64,000 bases of DNA from Hyaloraphidium curvatum SAG 235-1. Its lineage: Eukaryota; Fungi; Monoblepharomycota. The notes below the pieces were generated by a model. The model searched no databases. It saw only the letters and a list, made by a program, of their open reading frames with translations, and was not told the DNA's origin. Shown here piece after piece: positions 1 through 11,150 of the stretch. Both the position numbers and the translations under genes were made by a program. How positions within the stretch are numbered: the first letter of the stretch is position 1; the number at the start of each line of letters is the position of its first letter. Location of the stretch: the NCBI GenBank assembly GCA_025558095.1, contig JAIVFI010000008.1:791322-855321 (forward strand), in the 5' to 3' direction.

Positions 1-421
1 GGGCGGGCGGAAGGGCAGCCGCCAGTGCGTCGACGGGAGGCCGGAGAGGTCGGCGGGGGGCGGGGAGAAGGACGAGGCGGAGGAGGCGGTAGATGTGCCT
101 TGGGAGCTTCCCGGCGGCGGGAAAGCGAGCGCTGAATCGCGGTTCGGGAGACGGGAAGGCCGTTCAGATTCGTGGACAGAGCCGGGGGACACGCGACGGC
201 CCACCGAGCGCAAACACGCCGCCGGCGAGCAGCAGCAGCCCCACGCCAAACGAGAGCTTCCACTTGCTCTCGTCCTCCAGCCGCCACACGCCCTTGGTGC
301 GGCTCGGCGACGGCGGCGGCGGCCGCGCGTCGGGCGAAATGAGCGACTCGTCGTCGCCGCCGACGTACACCGACGCGTCGTCGGCGGGCGCCGGGAACGG
401 GGAGGACGGCGACGGCGCCAT
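1..421 (-). CDS. 5' part of a putative type II membrane protein running off the window edge
   Basis: ATG at 421 (MAPSPSSPF...), hydrophobic stretch LSFGVGLLLLAGGVFAL, then a probable GTGGGC...TTCAG intron and an open Ser/Pro-rich frame to position 1. Confidence 0.5.
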
Positions 422-1027
422 CGCGGAGAGGGGGAGCTGGGCCGCGATGCGCTCGGGGAGGCTCGTGGGACGGGCAGACGGAGCGGAGTCTGGCAGCCGC
501 AACAGCCGAAAGCGATCTCCTGGTTCCCCATGCAGCACGCCTCAAACTCCAACAGATCGAAGCGAAAAATGTCATGAATCGTACTCCGATGTTCAGAAGC
601 TTTGCTGCAGCACGATGCTTGCCCCTGCAGGTGGATTTGCGTCGTCAAGAGGCCAACAGGGGCAAGATACTTCTGCGAATCGCGATTCCTCGGTAACTTG
701 GCCTCTACTGTTTTCCAGAGAACCACCTGGATCACGATGGCCATGTTCTCGGAAGAGACCGTCCTCAGTGAGTGAGGATGAGCAATCGTTGAGTGGTCGC
801 GAAGTGCCGGGGCCGGTACGGGCCCGACGCGCCCAACAAGGCAAGCTCCACCTGGATCGTGGCATTCGAGGGATGGATGCCGTTTGCTAGCCCTCTGATT
901 GGCATCCGACCTCCGATGGCTGTGACGTATCGCTAGGGACCTTCAAAACCAGGGGACTCCGAAAGTCCCTATAGAGGACGCCGCACGATTCCCAACCAGG
1001 GAACACACCAATCGCGCCTCCGACACG

Positions 1028-4000
1028 ATGAGGCGACCGCGATTCGCAGCCATCGCGCTGATCCTCGCGCTTGCGCCGTCGCCCGGCCCGGCGCACGCGC
1101 TGCCCGGCCTCCGCCGCCGGCAGGTCGAGTACGACGATGCCGCGGCGGCCGGCGCGCGGCCCCTCGGCGGATGGGGCGGCGCCGCGCCGTGGGATGTTTC
1201 GAACGCCGCGGCCGCAAGGAAAGCCGCGGGCGCCGCGTCGGACAAGGCCATCCGCGCGGCGCTCTCGTCCGGCGACCTCGACTGCCCCGCCTTCGTCCTC
1301 GGCGGCGGCAAGAACAAGGAGGACCCGATGCTGCCGTTCCTCGACGGAGAAGACTGCGACGGCAAGCGGCTCGCGCGGCTGCACTTCGCCAACGGCTCGG
1401 CGATCGTGCCCGGCCTGGTCGGCGCGTGCAGGTCCGAGCCCGGGTTCGACGTGCTGTCGGACGAGGGCAGGTGGCTCGCGGCGCCGGCGACCGAGATCCT
1501 GGACGTGCCCGCCGGCGTGCGCGACCCCAAGCTGACGATGGACTTCTACGTGTCCCGGAAGGGGGTCGATGGCCTGCGAAGGAGCAACTGCGAAAGCTCC
1601 GACCGCGCGGGCGAGGCGCCCGAGTGGTACACCGCCTGGCTGCAGGGCAAGCTGCTGCGCCTTTCGGTCTCGTGCGACGACGGCGGCGTCGAGGGCTACC
1701 TGTACTTCGTCTGGTCGCGCCCGCAGACCGAAGGCACAACCGACGAGGGCAACCAAATAACGGCCTTCAAGTGCAAGGGCGGCAGGGCCGTCGCCGTCTC
1801 GAGCATCGGCGGCGGCAACGACGACGAGGAAAGCGGCGAGGAGGACGGCGGGGACGGCAGCGGGACCGACGACGAGGCGGAGGAGCCGACAAAGACCAAG
1901 CCCGCCGTGCCCGTCGACCCCTACACCCCCGGGCCAGAGGCCGAGGCGATGCCGGCCGTGATGCCCACGGATGCGGGTGCCCCGACGGATGTCTCGACCG
2001 ACACCCCGATCGTGCTCCTTGCCACCCCTATGCCCCTCGGCAGCGGGCCCGCCGACTCGGGGGCGGCGCCGGAAGACGAGGACGACGACAGCAGCCCCTC
2101 CGACGGCGCGAAGCCCCTGGCGATCCCCGTGGTCGCCGGCAGCGGCGATGGGGACGGAACCGACACCTCCCAGGCCGCGCCCAAGGTCGGCCAAGGCGAC
2201 GACCCCAGCGTGCCGACCCCCACCGCGATCGAGGACTCCACGGGCGACCCGGTCCCCGTGGCCGCACCCGCGGGCGCCGACCACCCGCCGTGCCCGACCC
2301 TCCCGGTGACCACGAACGGCCGCTGCGGGGAGGACTACGGGGCGCGGTGCCCCGACGGGTTCTGCTGCTCCGCCTGGGGATGGTGCGTCGCGCTTGCCCT
2401 GCCGTTCGCGCATCCGCTGACCTCCTTGCGCCGTTGCTTTCAGGTGTCAGGACGACGGCGGCGAGGACAGCGCGGACTGGTGCGGCCCCGGCTGCCAGAT
2501 CGGCTTCGGAAAGTGCTTCTACCAGGGCCCCGTGGCGGACGTCTGCCGCTCCGCGCGCGAGTTCACCATGACCTCGGTGTCGGCGAGCACCACCGTGTAC
2601 GCGGCGTGCACGACGATGCCCGAGAGCAAGGACGGGAGGTGCGGGCGCAATGCGGGGACGAGGTGCGCGGACGGGACGTGCTGCAGCCAGTGGGGGTGGT
2701 GCCAGAACAACGGCGAGAACGACGGCCAGGCGTGGTGCGGCGACGGATGCCAGGTGCGTTCCCTGCCTTCCCTTGATGGATTGATGGCTGACTTCCTCCC
2801 CGCGCAAGGTGGGCTACGGCAAATGCTTCATGGGCCACGGCGTTCCCCCGCGCGACTTCGTCTGCCCCACCGGGCTCGAGCCCACGCCGACCGAGTACTC
2901 CCTCACCTGGGTTTCCAAGTCGACGCCGGTGTACATGGCGTGCACGGGGGTGCCGCTGAGCGGCGACGGCCGGTGCGGGAAGAACACTGGGACGAGGTGC
3001 AGGGAGGGGACGTGCTGTTCCGAGTGGGGATACTGCCAAGGTGCGCGGCACGATACGAAAGATCGATGCATGTGCTGACGCCGTACTTCATGGGCAGACG
3101 ACGGCGGCGATTCGGGCGAGTCCTGGTGCGGCACCGGATGCCAGCTCGGCTTCGGCAAATGCTTCGTTGGGACCGCACCTCTCCGCACGGACTTTGCCTG
3201 CCCCTCCTCGGCCCCCGCGGAGCCGACCTCCGGGGACTGGGCGCCCACGCGCATCTCGCGCGCGACGCCGGTGTACCAGGCCTGCCCGACCATCCCCGTC
3301 AGCGAGGACGGCCGGTGCGGGAAGGAGTTCGGGACGAGGTGCCCGGCGGGGATATGCTGCAGCCAGTGGTAGGATTCGCGCGCCGTGCTCTTGGACGTTG
3401 TGACGCTGACTCTGGGGATCGCAGGGGCTGGTGTCAGGATGACGGCGGCGATTCCGGGGTCTCGTGGTGCGGAGCTGGTTGCCAGGTGCGTCAATCCCCG
3501 TTGAATGCGCAAGCGGAGCTCACACGCGTGCACAATTAAGCTCGGGTACGGCAAGTGCTTCGTCGGGAAGGCGCCGCTGTCTACCGCTTGGTGCGGGGCG
3601 ACGGCGGCATCGGAGCCGACGGCGCCTGCCCAGGGGACGACCGCCGCTGCTCCCGAGACCACGGCCGCTGCGCTCGGGACAACTGCTGCAGCTCAGTTCA
3701 CCACCGCTGCTCCCGTCGTCGTCGAAGTGACGACCACCGCGGTTCCCACGACGACGAGCACGACGACGCGGACGCGCACGACCGTCACCACCACGGCGAC
3801 GCCTTCGTCCCTGGTCCCCATGCTGCTCTCGGCCGACGGCCGCTCAGCCAAAGAGCGCGCCGTCACGGTCGCCGGCCCCGAAGTGCGGCTGGTCGGCCTC
3901 GCGCAGCCCGTGTCGTCGGCCAACAAGGTGGTAATCTACCAGCAGCGCGACGGGGAGCAGGAGAGGCAGCAGGTCTCGGTGCTTCAGAGCACGGCCGGTA

Positions 4001-5313
4001 CGGGCAACTTTACCTTCGATACCAAGCTGGAGGACGGGACCTACGCATTCTGGTTCGAGTCTTTCGTGGGCACGTCCGAAGCCTACAAGATCGTCGTGGA
4101 CTCGACGGTGCCCGAGGACCCCGTGCTCAAGAGCGTCAATGGACAGGATCCCGGCTCGTTCGAAAAGAGCGACACGGCCGTGCTCACCTTCGAGGGCACC
4201 GGTGGACGCGGCTCCACCATCCACGTCTACGCCGACGACGGAAGCTCCAAGGTCAAGGTCGGATCCGGGCCGTGCGAAGGCGAGTTCAAGGTCACCACCG
4301 AATCGGTTGACGACGGCGAGTACGTCTACACGGTCCGCGCGGAGTCACCCGGCGGCAAGGAGTCGGAGGGGTCCGCCTCGGTCCTCGGCGGCAAGCCCGT
4401 GCGCATTTCCAAGCCCGAGGCCGGGCCTTCCAAGGGCTGCACGCTGTTCGAGGAGAGCTTCGCCGGCGCCTCGCTCGAGGGCCCGCAGTTCATCGCCCTC
4501 GGGGATGCCTGCCTCAGCGGGATGGAGTCGAGGACCAGGGATCCCTACGCCGAGAACAACGTGGTCGGATGCAACCGCGACTACCCCGTGGCGCCCAAGG
4601 GCTTCTTGCAGCTCACGTCGGCGGCCAACTGGCAGACGGGGGCGATCCTGCTGAACGACGCCATCCGCGGAGGGGACGGATTCGAGGTCACGGTCGACCT
4701 GTACCAGTACGGCGGCAACGGCGCGGACGGGATCGCCTTCTTCCTCGTGGACGGCGAGGCGACCCTGACGGAAGCCGGCGGATTCGGGGGCTCACTCGGC
4801 TACGCTCAGTACAACAACGGCCGCCTGCGCAACGGCGTCAGCAAAGGCTACATCGGCGTCGGCTTCGACGCCTTTGGCAACTTTGCAAAGGACACCGAGG
4901 GCCGCGGCTCGGCCACCAAGGGCGGCAACTGCCTCCCGTCCAACCGCACGGACCAGTACTCGCCCAACTCCATCACCATCCGCGGGCCGGGAGACGGCAC
5001 GCTGGGCTACTGCTGGCTCGGGACGAACGTGCTCCCGCAGTCGGGCACAAACCAGCGCTTCCTCCGCGCCGGCTCGGTCGAGAAGGGGCGGCGGACGGCG
5101 CGCATCACCCTGACCCCCGCGGAAGGAGGTGCGGCCAAGTTCCGCGTCGAGATGGACTACGGCGACGGTGCGGGGTACCGCACGGAGCACGAGCTGGCAG
5201 CTCCGACGCCGATCCCGAGCTCTTTCAAGATCGGCCTGACGAGCGGGACGGGAGCGCAGAACGACATGCATTTGGTCAGCAACCTGGTCGTGCGGAGCAG
5301 GAAATCATGTTAA
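1028..5313 (+). CDS. Large secreted modular protein: signal peptide, Cys-containing N-domain, acidic/Pro linker, 4x hevein-like chitin-binding (CBM18) domains, Thr-rich linker, Ig-like region, C-terminal legume-lectin-like (L-type/ConA) domain
   Basis: Signal peptide MRRPRFAAIALILALAP. Removing introns 2383-2443, 2754-2808, 3041-3097, 3369-3424 and 3486-3540 restores four GRCG..G.RC..G.CCS.WG.C...WCG.GCQ.G(F/Y)GKC repeats. The last exon 3541-5313 has GADGIAFFLVDG..GGSLGY..GVGFDAFGN. Confidence 0.85.
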
Positions 5314-5371
5314 GAGGGACTGGTGCACGTAGAATGCTGCAAGAAGATAGATGATATCAAGCACGTTCTGG

Positions 5372-6550
5372 TCAATCTGCCCCGTCGCCGACAGCGGACC
5401 CATTTTCCAGATCCGTCCCTTCATGGTCGTCATCGTCTTCGTCGATCTCAAACTCGATGGCGTCGAGCCTCGTCCACATCATGAGCTCCATCTCCGCCTC
5501 GTCCGTCAACCATTCCATCGGGTCAGCCCCCTTCACGAAAACCTTGGATCGCCGCGACGGATGGCCAAGGTGGTTGAAGACGGCCTCGATGTCTTCCGAA
5601 GGCAGACCGGGAAGGGCGCGGGAAAGCAAGACGCCTTCAAGGTAATCAGGGAGCTCCATCAGGATGCGTGTTGAGGTCCGCGCGTCACCGATCTCCAGCG
5701 TACGAAGGCTCTTCATCGCGCGCAGCACAGGCCATGCTTCGAGCAACATGTCGTCTGCGTCCGTCGCCTGGCCGAGATCAATTCCGAGATGAGAAAGCTC
5801 CAGGGTCTCGAACGAAACCAAGAGCCGGAGATCGCGTACGTCGAGCACCAAGCTGCGGAGCCGACTGACAACGGACGGGGGTACTTTGTCCAGCTCCGGG
5901 ATTTGACAGCCTGCGGTCCACGAGAGACTCCAATTGCTCAGATTGGTAGCCTTGCTCAACGAGCTCCACAGAGAAAGCACTGCAGCTTCTCCAACGTCCG
6001 TCTGAAAGCGAGACAGGAGCGTCGAAAGGCCTGGAGGGAACCAAAAGACCAGGCTGGTCGACGCGTCCTCCTGCTCAGACGCTACAACGGCGAATTGGAA
6101 GATCACGTGGTCCGACGCAGAGCGCGCAACCTCGTCCAAGCATGACTGGCCGAGCGGATTGCTGCAAATCATGAGCCTCACAAGAGATAGCTTAGGGGCA
6201 ACGGCTCGCAGGAAAGCAGGCTCCAACGACCCTTGAGGCTGCGAGTCGGAGGCATCGAGTTTGACCGCAGACACGAAACGAAGCTTCCCTGTGTCCAAAG
6301 GGTCATCCAGCAGCAGCTCGTAGTCCTTCTGTGAGCAAAGGTCCTCCCGAGAGTCGATAGGGGGAACGAAAAGGTAGAGCAAAGGCAAGGCGAGCTGCAA
6401 GCACGTCTTGCTCGCGAGCGAGAACTCCTTGAGCGTTCCACGGTCCAAGCGCTGGGCGACCAGGCCCAGGATTTCGGGAGGGACGACAGAGGGAGCTTCA
6501 GAGTCGTCTCGCTCCGCCGCCGGCGCAGGGCGCGGGCCGGGTTCGGCCAT
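5372..6550 (-). CDS. F-box (LRR-like) protein
   Basis: N-terminal VPPEILGLVAQRLDRGTLKEFSLASKTCLQLALPLLY F-box pattern, LxxLxL repeats downstream, acidic tail; intronless. Confidence 0.7.
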   Translation of the reverse strand: MAEPGPRPAPAAERDDSEAPSVVPPEILGLVAQRLDRGTLKEFSLASKTCLQLALPLLYLFVPPIDSREDLCSQKDYELLLDDPLDTGKLRFVSAVKLDASDSQPQGSLEPAFLRAVAPKLSLVRLMICSNPLGQSCLDEVARSASDHVIFQFAVVASEQEDASTSLVFWFPPGLSTLLSRFQTDVGEAAVLSLWSSLSKATNLSNWSLSWTAGCQIPELDKVPPSVVSRLRSLVLDVRDLRLLVSFETLELSHLGIDLGQATDADDMLLEAWPVLRAMKSLRTLEIGDARTSTRILMELPDYLEGVLLSRALPGLPSEDIEAVFNHLGHPSRRSKVFVKGADPMEWLTDEAEMELMMWTRLDAIEFEIDEDDDDHEGTDLENGSAVGDGAD

Positions 6551-7121
6551 GTTGGAGGTACGTCCACCGATGACTGGGCGCATCGGGGTTGGTGCCCAAA
6601 CGAATCGTCGCTGTGTGTCAAAATCAGAGTTCACGCACGATATTGAAAGGCGCGAGTCTCGGAAGCGCACTCGCGGCTCAAGTACTCCCGAGCCGGGCGC
6701 AAGGTTGGCTTCTCGGCCGGGCTGGTCGCGGAGCCGCAAGGTGGCTTTCGCCAACGGCAACGGCGCAGCGAATAGCTGTGCATCCCGCCGATCCGATCCG
6801 ATCCACCATACGGTCGTGCTAATTTGACATGGCCCTTCACATCCTGTGGCTAGGACTCCTTGAGTAATCCACCTTTGGACGGCCAGAGTGGCCCCAGGAT
6901 GAGGGCCATCCACGTGCAGCGAGCTGGATTGATCAAAAGAAGCCATTTACAGCCATCGTGCTTCAATAGATACAATCAATAGTCGCTGGAAAATGCCGCA
7001 AAAGAAGAGCGCGGCAGGCCGGAGGGGATCCATCGGACTTCGATTCGGGCTCGCCGGCGGCACCCGGGAGACAATCTTCTGAGCTCTACATCCGGCCCCT
7101 CTCTGCCGCCGCCGGATCACG

Positions 7122-8304
7122 ATGACGCCTCCTCCGTCGCGCGGCCGGCGTCTCTTGAACCATTCGAATGGCGCCGGACGCGTCTGCTTCATCACGGGAG
7201 CGTCATCGCCGCTGGGAATGGGCCACGCTTCCGCGGTGCTCCTCGCACGTGAAGGCGCGCGCGTCGTGGTCTCGGATCTCCCCAAATTGGAGGAACAGGG
7301 GCGAAAAGTCGTCGAAGAAATCGAGAAGGAGGGGGGAAAGGCCATTTGGGTGCCACTGGACGTTGCGGAAGAGTCCCAGTGGCCCGGAGCCATAGCGGCC
7401 GCGGAACAGGCGTTCGGGCCCCTGGACGTCATGGTCGCGAACGCGGGCATTGCGATGGAGTACGAGTCCTACACCGTCAATGAGGGCGACAGCCTCATGG
7501 ACCATCCCACGGCGGATTGGCGGAAGATTCTCGCCGTGAACCAGGTTGGTCGCCCGGATCCTCAACTTCTGTGCTGTCGCTCAGGAATCCACTCAATCAG
7601 GACGGAGTCTACTTTGCGATCAAGTACGGTGGCAAGTCGATGCTCAAGAACCCGGTCAAGGAGGGCAAATCCATAATCGTGATCTCCTCGACCGCCGGCT
7701 TCACCGGGCAGTTCGGCTTCGCGTGTGAGCTCGAATTCTGCGAAGAAGTCTTGCACTCTCTCAACCGGTTTCCGATGCCAGACACGGCCTCCAAGTTTGC
7801 TGTTCGGGGAATGACGAAGCGTGAGGATGCAGCAATGGACTACCTCGCGTTTGCTCATTGACCCGTGCTCAGACGCCGCAGCGTACATGGCGAGACATAA
7901 CATTCGCGTCAACAGCGTTCACGTTGAGTCCGTTCTCCGTCGGCTTGGTTCCACAGGCTGACGCCTCCCCCCCCCCCTTAGCCCAACTTCATCCGCACCT
8001 CGATCCCCGCCCCCTTCTTCCTTCGCGGCGGTCGCAAACCGACACGCGAGGAGATCCAGAAGGTCGTCACCAACCTCCAGAACGGGAGCCCGCAGCGCCG
8101 GTGGGGAACGCCCGAGGAGGTGGCCTACCTCATTGCGTACCTCGCGAGCGACGAGAGCAGCTTCACTACTGGTGCGTTCGCCCGCCCTTCGAGGCATGTA
8201 CAGTAGCTGATGCGCGTGCAGGGACCGAGCACGTGTTGGATGGCGGCTTTTTGACGGTCGCGGGGTACGGCGAGAACCCGTTCAAGGTCGAGAGCAAGCT
8301 CTGA
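7122..8304 (+). CDS. Short-chain dehydrogenase/reductase with C-terminal PTS1 (SKL)
   Basis: ITGASSPLGMG and ANAG motifs; YTASK and IRVNSVHP appear after removing introns 7545-7600, 7725-7781, 7821-7872, 7923-7981 and 8172-8221; ends FKVESKL*. Confidence 0.88.
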
Positions 8305-8495
8305 GTATGATTACCTAGATGTTGTTGCAGCGTCATTCTAGTCTGCTAGTACATAGTGGAGCGATGACTCGGAGATGAGATCCGGTTGCTCGCTCGGCAT
8401 TGTTTACCGACGCGTCCAAGATCCAGCGCGCGATTGCTTCAATCTCCGACCCTATTCGAGCAGCCTGACGCTGGAATCGAACACATCGTATCGAC

Positions 8496-9515
8496 ATGAC
8501 TGCCCTATCCGTGTCGGCGGCCCCGGAGAAGCTCCGTCGCCTCCTCCGAGCCTCGCTCCTCTCCCTTCCGCCGACACGCGCGGTGCTCCTCTCGGGCGGC
8601 CTCGACACCTCGGCCCTCGTAACTCTTGTAATGGACGACCCCGAGCTGCGCGCTCTCCATCCCTTGGAGGACGCGGTGACCATCGGGACGGCGGACTGCA
8701 GGGATATCCCCGCCGCGGCAAAGATTGCCGCGAGGTACGGGCTGCGTCACCACGTGATACCGCTCGACGCGGAGGAAGTGCTCTCTTCCGAAGAGGAATC
8801 GCCGCTGCACGTCGCCGTGCGCGCCCTGCGGACATTCGACCCCATGGAGCTCCGGAATGCGGCTTGTGTGGCCGCGTGCCTACTCCGGGCAAAGGAGCTC
8901 GGTATCCCGCGTGTGATCACGGGGGATGGAGCCGACGAGCTTTTCGCGGGATATTCTTTCCTACTCGGCATGGAACCGGACCGGATGCGGGCATACATGG
9001 AGCGGATGTGGAAGACGATGCGATTCTCGGCCAAGGACCTCGGCGAGGCCATCGGGGTTGGGGTTCTGCAGCCTTTCCTGCATCCGGACGTGCTGCAATT
9101 TGCGAGGACGTTGGAGCACAAGGACCTCGTGGGGACAGGTCCGGACGGGGAGAGGACGGGGAAGATGGCGCTCCGCCTCGCCGTCCTGACTTGCGACTCG
9201 GCCTGGAGGAAGAAGGAGCCCGTCGAAGGGGGAAGCGGGATGACCCAGGAATCGCAAGCCTTGTTCGCGTCCCGCGCGCTCGCAGAGGAGGATGTGCGAG
9301 AAGCGAAGGAGCGGCACGGCGTGGTGATCAGGGACGTGGAGCACCTGGCCTACTTCCGCGCCTTCGTCGCGGCGTTTGCCCGGTCGGACGGGACGATCGA
9401 ACTGCCTGGGATCCCACGGCATGGCAGCGATCCGTGCAAGGACTGCGGGTGGCAGCTGCAGGCCCCGACACAGGACTTTTGCGTGGTGTGCGGATCGTTT
9501 CCGGGCAGGGCTTGA
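8496..9515 (+). CDS. Asparagine synthase C-terminal-domain-only (PP-loop adenylating) protein with C-terminal Zn-ribbon-like CxxC...CxxC
   Basis: LLSGGLDTS PP-loop, ITGDGADELFAGY, PFLHPDV, GKMALR, WRKK; tail CKDC..CVVC; no glutaminase domain; intronless. Confidence 0.8.
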   Translation: MTALSVSAAPEKLRRLLRASLLSLPPTRAVLLSGGLDTSALVTLVMDDPELRALHPLEDAVTIGTADCRDIPAAAKIAARYGLRHHVIPLDAEEVLSSEEESPLHVAVRALRTFDPMELRNAACVAACLLRAKELGIPRVITGDGADELFAGYSFLLGMEPDRMRAYMERMWKTMRFSAKDLGEAIGVGVLQPFLHPDVLQFARTLEHKDLVGTGPDGERTGKMALRLAVLTCDSAWRKKEPVEGGSGMTQESQALFASRALAEEDVREAKERHGVVIRDVEHLAYFRAFVAAFARSDGTIELPGIPRHGSDPCKDCGWQLQAPTQDFCVVCGSFPGRA

Positions 9516-9535
9516 GGGTTGCGCATCAATTCAAA

Positions 9536-10333
9536 TCACTTTGCCTTCGCACGCTTCCTGCTTGATTGCTGGCGGCTCTGGGCGAAACTGGGATCCGCCA
9601 CGTCCGCATCGGCCGCCGTTTCCGCTTCCTCCATATGGACTTCCTCAAGTCCGACGACAGGGTCGTCCAGCTTTCCGAAAGCGTCCAAACCCAGCCTGCC
9701 AAACGATTCTTCAACGGCCGCCTTCAGCTTGGCCATCTCGGGCCCGATCGTCCCGCTTGCACCGAGCGCCGCCTCGAGCTCCACGATCTTGGCCACAACT
9801 CCCGCGGCAATCCCCCTGGCGGGACCGTACGCCACCCTCGCCGCGTACCGGAGGGCAGCGCGGACGTCGCTGCTCCCCAGGGGGTCCGCGGGGTTGAACT
9901 TTTCCTTGCCGGCCCAGATGCGCGAAAAGACCGCCATCGCGCGTTCGTCCGGCTTCCCGAGGCGGTACCACGACCCGGTCGCTGTCTTGATGAGGTTGCC
10001 CCTGGCGTCCGCGACCTCGGAGGTCGTCAGACCGCTTCTTTCCCCGCCCGTGATGCGGATCCGCTGGTCGTTCGTAAGCACCCAGCCGTCCCCGAGGTCC
10101 GTGACCTGCTCCCCGCCGGGCGGCAGCTCCATCGACCGCGTCGATGGCGGCGTGAGCATCTCCTCGCGGTCGGCGGCGAGGCCCCATTCCAGCTCGCCCG
10201 TGTTGAGGCAGTTCGGGATGGTGCGGACGCGTTTGGTGCCGCCCAGCCGAGCGCGCCGCGCGGGTTTCCCGGCGGGGGAAGCGGAGGCGGATTTGAGAAT
10301 GCCGCGGGGGCGTCGTCTGGGGGAGTCGGCCAT
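9536..10333 (-). CDS. Hypothetical protein with SANTA-like segment and C-terminal coiled coil
   Basis: GDGWVL..IRITG...TTSEVADARGNLIKTATGSWYRLG resembles the SANTA consensus; basic N- and C-termini. Confidence 0.5.
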   Translation of the reverse strand: MADSPRRRPRGILKSASASPAGKPARRARLGGTKRVRTIPNCLNTGELEWGLAADREEMLTPPSTRSMELPPGGEQVTDLGDGWVLTNDQRIRITGGERSGLTTSEVADARGNLIKTATGSWYRLGKPDERAMAVFSRIWAGKEKFNPADPLGSSDVRAALRYAARVAYGPARGIAAGVVAKIVELEAALGASGTIGPEMAKLKAAVEESFGRLGLDAFGKLDDPVVGLEEVHMEEAETAADADVADPSFAQSRQQSSRKRAKAK

Positions 10334-10775
10334 GTTCGGCTGCGATTCGGCCGGTGATGCGGAGGGGACGTTGAGAGTGGCGCTGACGCGTGGCGCGCGC
10401 GCTGGGCTCACAGTTCACGACGAATCCCGCCGGAAACGTGTGGCAAACTGGAGCGAAGATGATTTCGCAGTGATCCACTGCCCACAGGCGGGACTATATG
10501 CCTGGATCTGCCGGGGCGGTGCCGTCGGGGCTTCGGTCGGGTGTTCGCTATGTCAGTCGGGGCTTGTCCACGCGGTCGAGACGGTGCGGCGATCGAGCCC
10601 AAGCAGGTGGTGCTCTCGTCATTTCGAATACAGCAATCTCAGACTGTCTCTGGTGTTGTTCGACCTCCGCCTGTCGCTACTTCCATCGTTTGTTTCTTTA
10701 CCCGAGTCCGACGCGGCTTGACTTCCTTGCCCCTACTGCATTGGCCAATCCTGCCCCACATCGCGCCTCTGGATA

Positions 10776-10968
10776 ATGTCGTCCGACGCTGAAACGATCG
10801 CGAAAAAGTACCCTCCTCACTTTCGGCGGCTATTCACGGCGGGTCTCGCCGAGCCGGGGCACGGCTCCGCGGCCAACCTGCACACCGCGTCGGCCGGTTT
10901 CGCGCTCTCGGACGCGCCGCTGCTCGCCGATTTGGCATGCGAAATCACTTTGGAACACGGTGACCCGC
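10776..10968 (+). pseudogene. Truncated 5' paralog of the MYND gene at 25004-25591
   Basis: MSSDAETIAKKYPPHFRRLFTAGLA..AANLHTASAGFALSDAPLLA..EITLEHGDP matches MASYAESVVRKYSPPYRRLFTAGLA..AANVHAASAGFALVDAPMLA..EIALEHGDP, then homology stops; 5' flanks also similar. Confidence 0.8.
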
Positions 10969-11150
10969 GGAAACCGGCGTCGGCGGCCACGATACACGCG
11001 CTGCATCATCGAGGGCGGTTTGCCCCTGCACGATCAAACATCACGGCCGGCCAGCAACGCTTGACGCCGAGCCTCCGATGTCGAGCTAAACTGTCGCAGG
11101 ATCGATGGCCGCGAGCGTGATGGCCGCCGTACATCAGGGGGACTCCGAGC

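Noticed and set aside
3486-3500. 15-nt identity (GTGCGTCAATCCCCG) between intron starts of the CBM18 gene and Cys-rich gene B (~54109-54123)
   Set aside because: The first six bases are the donor consensus and the rest of the introns do not match; chance is plausible.
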